Origin: Cenarchaeum sp.
GTDB taxonomy: Archaea > Thermoproteota > Nitrososphaeria > Nitrososphaerales > Nitrosopumilaceae
DNA length: 64,000 nt
Direction of reading: 5' to 3'
Assembly: GCA_965242695.1 (NCBI GenBank)
Contig: CBDESU010000002.1
Span: forward strand, 352,001 to 416,000
Under the pieces are notes generated by a model. That model was not told the origin of the DNA. It searched no databases and was given only the letters and a program-made list of their open reading frames with translations. Both the position numbers and the translations under genes were made by a program. Shown here piece after piece: positions 51,807 through 60,445 of this stretch. The stretch's first letter is position 1; each line of letters begins with the position of its first letter.

Positions 51807-54467
51807 TCAACTGCCCCGCCCCCCTTGTGCCGGTCCGCGGGACAGATGGGTGTGTCCGCCCTCGCCGCCGTCTGGCGTGGGCCCGCCGCCAGCGCTGCCG
51901 GCGTCGCCGTCGGCCGGCATCCGGCCGTCCGCCCCATTTTCTGGAAGGGTGTTGCCCCCCGGAGGGTCGAGCACTTGCACCTCCCGGGAGGCGGGAGGGG
52001 AGTACGCAATTGGATCGTCCAAGCTCTTCCAGAGGAAGACGGTGGCGACGCATGCTCCCGGCCAACGCGGGGTCCACGAAAACGTGTGCGTTGCATAGCC
52101 GCCTAGCCCCGCTGTCAGTGGCTGGTCCTGCAGCTCCATCGTCACCCCCTCCAAGTCGGAGACCTGCAGGATTGCCGTAAAATGGATCTCGCGTTCGGGG
52201 TTTTTTACCCTGATGGCGACCTCTGCATTGTCGCCGGCGACTAGCGCGCCCCCCGTCTTTTTGTTTGTGATGCGCATGTCGTCCACCACGAGCCTCGCAA
52301 GAGGGCTCGCCTTCTTTTTGCTTGTCGTGATTGAGGCGGCGGAGTTGATGGCGATGGAGTCGTTGCAGGCGTACGGATGCGGCAGCGTTTCGTCGATGTA
52401 CTCGGCAAAGACTACGTCGCCGTCATTGGCCTTGAGGACGAGCTGTTCTGGGAGCGATCGATCTTCGCTGGTGGTAAACTGCCCCTCAAAGATGCCCGAT
52501 TCGCAGCCAGTCTCTCGTATCGGCACCCGGATGCCTTCCCGGTCGGAATGCGACCACGCCCTGACTTGAGACAGGTCTGGCCTGTCGTCGTTGAGGCTCA
52601 TGTCGCGGTCTGTGACGCGCACTGTGACTTCCTCGCCCGGCAGGTATGCGGCCTTGGAGAAGCGGATTTCCCCTATGTGCCAGCGGATCGGCGCAGCTTG
52701 GATCACTGGCCCACCAAACGCAGACGCAAAGGACACCTTCAGCTCGTCGTACGGCCCGCATGCAAGCGCGCCGTCGTGCGGCCCCGATCCCCCGGTGCGG
52801 CCGTGTTCCAAGTCATTGGAATTCTTTTTGTCTCCCATGCCGGCAACGCCCGTAAGGGACACGGTGCCCATGAATTTGCCGTTGCCCTGCCCTGCTTCGA
52901 CGAGGCGGTAGCCTTCAAGCGACCCCTCGCCGGTCGAGACGGTCAGCCAGCAGTCGCGGCGGTCGTCCCCTATTGTTGCTGGCCGGCCGCTGCCGCCGTC
53001 GGGGGCGAGATCGGGCGAAATAACGCCTATTTTCACGCGGTCAAGGCACGTGTACTCGTCTCGGTTCAGCTCAAGGACAGAGCCAAACCCCCCGACAATG
53101 ACCGATGTGGCCGCGGTTCCAGACTCGTTTGCGTACTTGATGTGGATCAGCTGGCTTGGCCCGCACGGTATGACGCCGTCTTCCGGGCCCTTGCCCCCGG
53201 CCTTGGCTACGTGCGTGCCGCCGAGCAGGGTCCTGCGCACGGAGCCGTCGTTGCGGACGGCCGCGCACCTGATCGTCCCTTGGAACACTCCGGACGATGG
53301 CTCGGTTTCCTCAAGCTGGTACTTGCCTATTCTTCCATGGGGGGACTCTATGACAAGACGCGATTTTTTCGTGTATCCCACGTGTCCCTTCTTTGAGCTG
53401 CTCGTGTCCGCGGTTGGGTCCATGACGGTTACGAGAATGTCGCTGTCCATGAGGTATATCGACTTGTCGGTTTCTATGTCGGGGGGGATCTCGTCAACGG
53501 CAAACACGGCCTCGGCGGCCAGGCCGCCGCACACAGCCTGGGCAATGTACTCTTTTCCCACTGCCATGCCACTTGGCCTTACGTCCACCACGGTGACATT
53601 CGGGCCAGGTTGGCCCGTCTCAGGCACGGGCGCCCTCTCGGTTGTTTTGGCCAGAGTTGCTAGGTTTTCATCCAGTATGGCAACGGTGACTTTCTTGCCG
53701 GGAAACGGTCCGTCGAACGCCACCGACGCGCGTACTGTCGCGTTGGGGGGGTAGAGCGCTTGGTCTAGCCTGATCTCAAAGGGGCCCGAGCTGCCCGACG
53801 CTGCGGCTGTCGGGAAGAGCGGCGAAGTGGCATGCGGGGCGGCGTTGAGGCGGCGGTCGAGCCTGAGCAGTACGGGGCCCAGCATGTCCGCCGCGCGCTG
53901 GTACCGGCCGGTGTCGACCGTCCTGCCGTCCTCGTCCACATGGATCGCATCCCCAAGCTGGTCGACTGCCTCCGTAATGGCATCGTACGTGTAGTCGTCG
54001 ATGTAGTCCATCCCGTCCAGATCGCGCCTTACCCTGCCGACAGATGCCTTGATGCGGTCGTCCAAGGAGACAAGGCCGTCCCAGAATTGCGGCCATTGAT
54101 TGGGGTGCGTTTCGGTTGATTTGCTGCCCGCCTCAACCAGCGTTAGGCAGTCGCTTTTCACGGCATTCATGTCGGAGCACAGGGCGCGGCTTTTACGCAG
54201 CTTTTTTGCCTGCTTTGCCTTTTCGTTGCGCTCTAGCATCGACCAGACTTTTGCCAGGTGGCCCCGTATCGACCGATCGTTTTTTTGGGAGTAGAGAAAG
54301 ACGATCGCGGCAAGGTAGGCGGCAAGAATCACTTCTGCAAAGAATATTACCCTGTCGCCAAATTCGAACTTTGGGTCTGCTAGGAGCACCCGGTCTACTA
54401 GGAGCATGGCGACGATCGGGCAGCCACAAATTGCGACAAGCAGGAGTGCGCCTCGAAGGCTAGCCAT
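51807..54467 (-). CDS. Membrane-anchored protein containing Nitrosopumilus-type S-layer domains
   Basis: Two N-terminal TMs; repeated ET...SG.F.G motifs, VTDRDMSLN, EYIDETLPHPY; C-terminal ILQV.D.EGVT...SWTP...TVFLWKSLDDPIAYSP like the thaumarchaeal S-layer C-terminus (recalled, not searched). Confidence 0.75.
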   Translation of the reverse strand: MASLRGALLLVAICGCPIVAMLLVDRVLLADPKFEFGDRVIFFAEVILAAYLAAIVFLYSQKNDRSIRGHLAKVWSMLERNEKAKQAKKLRKSRALCSDMNAVKSDCLTLVEAGSKSTETHPNQWPQFWDGLVSLDDRIKASVGRVRRDLDGMDYIDDYTYDAITEAVDQLGDAIHVDEDGRTVDTGRYQRAADMLGPVLLRLDRRLNAAPHATSPLFPTAAASGSSGPFEIRLDQALYPPNATVRASVAFDGPFPGKKVTVAILDENLATLAKTTERAPVPETGQPGPNVTVVDVRPSGMAVGKEYIAQAVCGGLAAEAVFAVDEIPPDIETDKSIYLMDSDILVTVMDPTADTSSSKKGHVGYTKKSRLVIESPHGRIGKYQLEETEPSSGVFQGTIRCAAVRNDGSVRRTLLGGTHVAKAGGKGPEDGVIPCGPSQLIHIKYANESGTAATSVIVGGFGSVLELNRDEYTCLDRVKIGVISPDLAPDGGSGRPATIGDDRRDCWLTVSTGEGSLEGYRLVEAGQGNGKFMGTVSLTGVAGMGDKKNSNDLEHGRTGGSGPHDGALACGPYDELKVSFASAFGGPVIQAAPIRWHIGEIRFSKAAYLPGEEVTVRVTDRDMSLNDDRPDLSQVRAWSHSDREGIRVPIRETGCESGIFEGQFTTSEDRSLPEQLVLKANDGDVVFAEYIDETLPHPYACNDSIAINSAASITTSKKKASPLARLVVDDMRITNKKTGGALVAGDNAEVAIRVKNPEREIHFTAILQVSDLEGVTMELQDQPLTAGLGGYATHTFSWTPRWPGACVATVFLWKSLDDPIAYSPPASREVQVLDPPGGNTLPENGADGRMPADGDAGSAGGGPTPDGGEGGHTHLSRGPAQGGRGS

Positions 54468-55087
54468 CAGAGAGTCACCCTGCCATGCACGCTAGGGGGT
54501 TCATGCGACTTCCACGCCCTTGCCAGCCTAGCGGTTGAGCGTGCGGAGTGTTCGTGCCGCCGGCATCTGCCGGCTTGTCTACAGTTTGTGTCTGGCGCAC
54601 AGCAAGGGAGGGGGGCGGGGGCAGGATGCAGGCCGGCCAGACTGCTCGCCTGGCGGGACGACGTGGTGCGGCCGCGCTCGCCTGTAGCCGAGGGCGCCAA
54701 ACCTGCCCCCCGTCCTGCCTGTCTAGTGGCCGTGCTCCATGCCCTGCCGCGCAAGCCAACATGATCCGTGTCGCCCGGCGGCGCCAAGAGGGATGCCGAG
54801 GGGCAGGTTCCCAGGACGGCCGCGCGCCGGGCGATCGCCGTTCCCACTGGGCCGTGTCTAGGGACGGCGACCGCGCCGGCCTCCGGAATGCCGTTTTTCG
54901 CCGGGACAGGCAACGGCACCTTCCCGGCTAGAGACGTGAGCGCGCGGGCGGACGGGGCGCCGCCGCCCGTATGGCGCCTTTTGATGCCTGTCTTGACGGA
55001 TGCCTCCGGGCCGCCGACGTGGAGGCCCGCGGAACGCACGGCGTCCGTGCGGATGCGCGGCGCAATCCAACCGCCGGACTCGTGTAC

Positions 55088-55375
55088 GGGCGCCGTTGCC
55101 GGCAGGAATGCCGCCGGAATTTGGATGTCGGGCGCAGGGCGATCGCCTTGTGCCGCGGCGTAGCGGCCGGCCTCCCGGGCGGCATGCAAGCCCTGGCCGA
55201 GTAGGGTCGCGCCCCTAGCCGGCACCGGCGGGCTAGGCAACGTGACAGGGAGCCAATGGCATCCGCGTCGTAGCACAGGGGGCGGGGGCACTGGCCGCGG
55301 CCCCGGCGGAACGGCGGCCGCCGCACGCCCACGCAGGGGCGCCCGTAGCCGGCCAAGGGGGGCGGCGCGACAAGT
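55088..55375. repeat. Dispersed GC-rich element, copy D (partial)
   Basis: 55090-55240 aligns with 24810-24960; 55240-55375 aligns with 21880-22017. Confidence 0.7.
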
Positions 55376-55530
55376 CAAGCCCCGCTCGCCTCCCCGCCGA
55401 GCCCGCGCAGACGTGAGATCGGCCAGGCGCCGGCCCGACATGCCTGGGATCGCCTCGCATGTGAACGAGTGGATGTGGATCGCGTCGTGCGTCATCAGGG
55501 CCATGTTGTCTAGGTCCTTCGCCTCGCTCA
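55375..55530 (-). pseudogene. Relic 3' end of the RloC/PrrC-like ATPase gene
   Basis: KDLDNMALMTHDAIHIHSFTCEAIPGMSGRRLADL versus KTLDDVALMTPEAIHINSFMYEPILDMPGQHLVDL. Confidence 0.78.
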
Positions 55531-55734
55531 TGCCGCCCCCCTCTCCGCTACCACGCCTGCAAGGATACGGATCGCGGTGGAGCAGGGGGGCCACAGGGCT
55601 CTCGGCAGGGCGGCGGGCGCCTGGGTCGGGGAGATGTGGGACGCGACCGCGGATCGGCGCGCACGGGACGGCCATCTGGCCAGCCGCCCCAAGTCCATAG
55701 CGCATCATGCCGCACTTGGGCATCTTACGGCGAT

Positions 55735-57528
55735 TCAACATTCGTGCACCTCGCGATGATCCGGCAGTAGGCTTACGATGTACTCGACCAGATCCTTAAA
55801 TCCGGCGAACTGTTCTCGGGTCGGATTGGACGTCATCCTGGCTCTGAATACCGCCTTCCGGTCTGTGTCGAAGGACGTCTCCACGGGGCGGTTGGGACGG
55901 TCAAGGTGCGAAAGTTCTGCGTTCGTAAAGCACGCTGCGGTAAACAGGGACTCTATCCCCCTCTTCGCCCTGCTGTTTTGGTTGCTGGCAAGCACGAACG
56001 GGTATGTGTTGTTGGACGGGGTCAACTTCACCCCCTTGGAGCTATAGTCAGGATCCCAGACTACCACAATTGGTGTCTTGTGGTTGGCACGGGAGAAAAA
56101 CTCAAAGAGCGTCCTGAGCTGTCCGTCGCCGCTGTTGGCGCGGATTTTGTCGTACACGTCGATCTTGTCGGCGTCGTCGGGCGCGAAGAGCCTGATCGCC
56201 GCCTCAATGTACGCTACGTTGTCCCCCTCGGAGACGACTATGAGCTGCCTCGAGGTCAGCTGGTCGAGGAGGTGCAGCCCCTCGTCAAGAGTCATGTATC
56301 CTTCGGTCAGTACTGCGACAGCCTTGTTTTTTGGTGACTTGACGATCCGGTCCTCACCTTCGGGGTGGACCAGGTATGTGCAATCATCTGGCGCCAGCGC
56401 TACCGTGGTCGGCGAGTGGGTGGCCAGAACAACCCTAGTGCCCTTTTTGTTCAGCACGCCCGTGATTACCCGCAGTAGGTTTTTTATCATGGAGGGATGC
56501 AATGTGGCGTCAACCTCGTCGAGCAGCAGTAGCTTGGGAAAGACGGACTCTGACTCGGCCTTGAACATGCACAGCGCCAGCATGAGCAGGACTTTTTCGC
56601 CCGACGAGAGGCTGTCGTAGTCGATCTCTATGTTTTTCTCGGCGTTTCTCATCTGGGGCCTGAACGATCGCGATCCGTACGCGACGTCGCGGGATGTGAG
56701 CGGGGGAGGAAACGTGACGGAGTACCTGCCTCCCGTGTACGCCGCAAGGAACTGGTTGATTATTTCCCATGGAGGTATCGTTTTGTTACCGGTTCGGCCA
56801 TCGGGTTGGCCCGGCTCGTGCTGCTCGGGGGCGGGGTCTGTGCCGTGGCGGCGCTCGTCCGTGTCAACGTACTCGGTTAGCCTATAGTTCATGAATACGG
56901 ATCCAAGCTGCGCGGGAAGGAAGTCTTCCTTTAGCACAGTCGCATCGTAGTCGTGGACAAAGCGGGACTTGTCGATCTCGTCTATGAATATGTCAAGTTT
57001 TTCAGCAAGTCGTCGTGTGTTTTCGGCCCGGAGATCGTTTTTTAGGTCATCGCTGGAAAAGATCTTGTGGAATCTATCCTTGTATTCGATAAATTTTGCA
57101 GCAAGGGATTCGTCCATGAAGTCTGTCGCCTCCACCTGCATGACGGGCTTTGAGTCGTAGGCCGCCAGATCTTTGATAAAAGTTTTTTCGGCCTTTGTCA
57201 AGTATTGATCGGCCAGACCGGCCAGAATCTTGATGTTGTATATCGTGTTTTGGTTCTTGCCACCAAATACAGACCACGCGTTGTTCTTTTCTTCGGTGAT
57301 CTTACGAGTCTCGTACTCTGCCTCGTTTTCGATCGTAAAGGCAATCAAGTCAAACAGGACTATATCACGGGTGTCGATCGAGTCGATTCTACAGGATCCA
57401 CGCTTTATCGACTCTAGCAGGTGGGTTTTCCCCGAGCCGTTCTTGCCGGTGATGATGCTAAACTGCTCCAGATCCACGGGGTTGAATCGCCCGATGGACT
57501 TGTACTCGCAGTCAAACTCTAGCTTCAT
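55735..57528 (-). CDS. ABC ATPase + TOPRIM-like (OLD-like) protein
   Basis: GKNGSGKT, LSSGEK, LLLDEVDATLHP, ATHSP, VVSEGDN, VVWDPD. Confidence 0.85.
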   Translation of the reverse strand: MKLEFDCEYKSIGRFNPVDLEQFSIITGKNGSGKTHLLESIKRGSCRIDSIDTRDIVLFDLIAFTIENEAEYETRKITEEKNNAWSVFGGKNQNTIYNIKILAGLADQYLTKAEKTFIKDLAAYDSKPVMQVEATDFMDESLAAKFIEYKDRFHKIFSSDDLKNDLRAENTRRLAEKLDIFIDEIDKSRFVHDYDATVLKEDFLPAQLGSVFMNYRLTEYVDTDERRHGTDPAPEQHEPGQPDGRTGNKTIPPWEIINQFLAAYTGGRYSVTFPPPLTSRDVAYGSRSFRPQMRNAEKNIEIDYDSLSSGEKVLLMLALCMFKAESESVFPKLLLLDEVDATLHPSMIKNLLRVITGVLNKKGTRVVLATHSPTTVALAPDDCTYLVHPEGEDRIVKSPKNKAVAVLTEGYMTLDEGLHLLDQLTSRQLIVVSEGDNVAYIEAAIRLFAPDDADKIDVYDKIRANSGDGQLRTLFEFFSRANHKTPIVVVWDPDYSSKGVKLTPSNNTYPFVLASNQNSRAKRGIESLFTAACFTNAELSHLDRPNRPVETSFDTDRKAVFRARMTSNPTREQFAGFKDLVEYIVSLLPDHREVHEC

Positions 57529-57627
57529 ATCAAGCCACCGCCCCTTGCCCTGCCGGGGCATGCGCGCAAGGCGACCGTGCGCAGTCGGAAGAGTGGTCGC
57601 ATCCGGCGGAGGAACAGGTATGTCCGG

Positions 57628-59865
57628 TCATGCCCCGCCCGCCTCCCCGCCGAGCCCGTTCACAGACTTGTAGAGATCGACCAGGTGCTGGCCGGGCATG
57701 TCCAGTATCGGCTCGTACATGAACGAGTTGATGTGGATCGCCTCGGGCGTCATCAAGGCCACGTCGTCGAGTGTCTTCAGCTCCCTGTCCTCTTGCTTGT
57801 TCAGGGAACGCCCCTCGGCCCTCGCCTTTTCTTTCAGCGCCTTGCTGTGCTCGTCTATCCAGTCGTGGATGTTGATCTTGTCGTCCACCGGCGGGGCGCG
57901 CCCGCCCAGCAGCCGGTTCGCAAGGTGGCGCTCGGCAAGGAGGCGCGTGGCTACCGAGAGGATGATCTTTTCCTTGAGCGCGCCCTCTGTGTGCGCCCGC
58001 GAGCACCTGTCGGCCTCGCTGATGATCATGTCAAAGACCCTGCCGGCTTCGGGGCTCGCACCCGTGTCGGGCAATTCGGCCTTGGGAAACGTCTTGTCAA
58101 GGATATCCAAGAGCTCTCCGACGGTGATCCGGTCCGTCCCCTCCCGCCAGTGCAGGAGGCGTGTAAGCGCTAGGTAGCGGGGATGCTTTGTGCCGCGGGT
58201 GTACTCTATGATGTTCCTTGCAAATGCAATGGATGCGATCAGGTTGGCCGGCTTTGCCAGGTCTCCTATGAACTCGTCCAGCGGGTTGTCGTGAATTTTG
58301 GGCCGCACCAGGGCCGTTTCGCTGTCCGTTTTGTCGACAAGGAAGATCCGCTTGCCGCCTACGATGCCCCGGCTCCTGATGGTCCTGAGAAAGTCGAAGT
58401 TGTGCGTGAGTATGACCATGTGGAATCCGGGGCGGTCGAGCACCTCCTTGAGGTAGTGCACTATGGCGTACTTGTTCTTGTAGTCGAACGAGTCGACTAG
58501 GTCGTCGATGACGACCACGGCCTCCTTGCCGGAGTCGATCTGCTTGCGCACCTCGAAGAGCATGTTCAGTATGTAGAGGGCGCGCCTCTCGCCGTCGCTG
58601 AGGGTCGTCTTGAGCAGCCCGCGCTTTACCACTTTGTCCCCGCCCGCGCCCCTGTACGTAAATACGGGGACGGGCACGCTGATGCCGAGCAGTGCCTCGG
58701 CCTGGTTGGCTATCCCCACGCTGAACGGGACGTAGAACCGGCGCATGAACTCTGCCACGATGGAATTCCACGCGGGCCGCTCGGACTCCGCCTCCTCTAC
58801 GATCTCGTCGAGTCGGGCCTTGCCCTGCTCGTACTTTTCGCGCACGTCAGCGACAAGGCCTTGCTCCAGGGCCAGGTAGGACGACCACAGGCGCCTCTTG
58901 AGGGCGGCGGTGTCGTCCAGAAGCGGGATCAGCCACTGGTTTTCGGCCAATAAGACGCGGAACGCGTTGAGGCCCACGGTGCGAGCCAGCATCTTTTCCA
59001 TGTCCTTCCAGTCCTGGTCGAGCTCCTTTTTGAGCTCCTTCTTTTGGTTTTCAATGATTTCGGTGTACTTTTTCACGGTCCTGGCCTCTTCGGGGTCTCC
59101 CTTGTGCCCCTTCTTTGGGTTGAAGACGACCGTGTGCTCTGCGTCAAAAAACCCCGACTTGTCCAAGGCGCTTTGGACGCCGCCCGCGGCGTGGTGGTCG
59201 AACCTGCCCTTTAGGAACTTGGACTTACTGACAAGCTTTTCATATCTCTTCATGTACTGCTCTATGAGCCTTTTGAATTTGGGGTTCTTCAGCAGGTTTT
59301 CGGTGTCGCCGTTGAACACCTGGCTGTATTTTACGTTCTTAAGATCTTCTGGCCCTTCATGTTCCACGGCATCACCGGAGCGGGACAGGAAGAGCTGGTA
59401 TATGTGGTCGTCTGGCCGGCCGCCCATGCCAAAGTCGGCGAGCATAGTGGAGGGGATGCTGCCCTTGACCACGCCGGACAGCTTGTTCAGGCGCCGCACT
59501 AGGTGTCCAAGGTCGTCGCGCATCCCCGCTATGATGGAGTTGTACTCGGTGCGAAGCCTGTTGTTTACCAGGATTCCAGCCGAAGTCTGGGCCTCGTCCT
59601 TTTCGTCGGCCGGATCGAACACCAGGATGGAGTCTGGCTCGATCGGCTTGCCGTCGCACAATATCTGGTACTGGCCGGGCACGTCGTATATGCGATCGCT
59701 CGGGATGGCGCCGCCCTTTGCGTCCTTGAACACGCGCGCTAGCGACGACTTCATGGTGCCGTTGGAGGCGTAGACGGCGGCGTTCCTGCCCTTTGAAAAG
59801 TCTAGTACGGCCTCTAGGCGGCGTATGCCGTAGCAGTTCTCGAGGCTCAGCTTTAGCTGGTTCAT
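57628..59865 (-). CDS. RloC/PrrC-like (AAA_13-type) ABC ATPase, copy 2
   Basis: Same motifs as 22018-24276 (YASNGTMKSS, LSDGERRA, IDDLVDSFD, LTHNFDF). Confidence 0.82.
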   Translation of the reverse strand: MNQLKLSLENCYGIRRLEAVLDFSKGRNAAVYASNGTMKSSLARVFKDAKGGAIPSDRIYDVPGQYQILCDGKPIEPDSILVFDPADEKDEAQTSAGILVNNRLRTEYNSIIAGMRDDLGHLVRRLNKLSGVVKGSIPSTMLADFGMGGRPDDHIYQLFLSRSGDAVEHEGPEDLKNVKYSQVFNGDTENLLKNPKFKRLIEQYMKRYEKLVSKSKFLKGRFDHHAAGGVQSALDKSGFFDAEHTVVFNPKKGHKGDPEEARTVKKYTEIIENQKKELKKELDQDWKDMEKMLARTVGLNAFRVLLAENQWLIPLLDDTAALKRRLWSSYLALEQGLVADVREKYEQGKARLDEIVEEAESERPAWNSIVAEFMRRFYVPFSVGIANQAEALLGISVPVPVFTYRGAGGDKVVKRGLLKTTLSDGERRALYILNMLFEVRKQIDSGKEAVVVIDDLVDSFDYKNKYAIVHYLKEVLDRPGFHMVILTHNFDFLRTIRSRGIVGGKRIFLVDKTDSETALVRPKIHDNPLDEFIGDLAKPANLIASIAFARNIIEYTRGTKHPRYLALTRLLHWREGTDRITVGELLDILDKTFPKAELPDTGASPEAGRVFDMIISEADRCSRAHTEGALKEKIILSVATRLLAERHLANRLLGGRAPPVDDKINIHDWIDEHSKALKEKARAEGRSLNKQEDRELKTLDDVALMTPEAIHINSFMYEPILDMPGQHLVDLYKSVNGLGGEAGGA

Positions 59866-60445
59866 GCGCAGGCAGCCTCCGTGGGGCGGGCGGCGGGAGG
59901 GTGCGCCCGATCAGGCCTGCGAGCACGGGACTCCGTCCTGATGCTGGGGGTGTGGTAGGACGGCAGGACGGCAGGGCTGTGGGCCCGGCAGGGGCTGTGT
60001 CTAGAAGGGGGACCGGCGGCATGCGTGGCCCGGCCAAGGAGCCTAAGCGCCCTTTGCCCGCCCTGCCGCCCCCGCCCGACAACGGAAGGCATCCTTGCAC
60101 CGCGCGCATCAAGCACCGAAAGCTCGGCATGTAGGAGCCTGTGTGCCGCCCTGCGGCCGATGCTAGGCGGCGACGTTGTGGCCACGCCGCGGCAGGGGCC
60201 TGCGGGATCCGCCGGCGGCCCTTGGACGGCGGCGGGTGTGCCTCCTGCCTTACGCCTTGGCCAACCCGCCGGCCCGCGCAGGGTGCACACTCCAGTGCGG
60301 CAGCCGCCGCTTGGGGTCGGCTTTCCGTCCCAGACACGCATGCGGCCGGGCAGGCCGTGCGCAGCGGTGTTTTTTGCACCAAGGGGGGCCAGTAGGATGC
60401 CGTCTACGCACAGCAGAAGGGGGCCCGGACGCCTTGTACTGCACA

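Noticed and set aside
54467-55741. 424-aa minus ORF
   Set aside because: Low-complexity read-through of the ATPase relic and the dispersed element.
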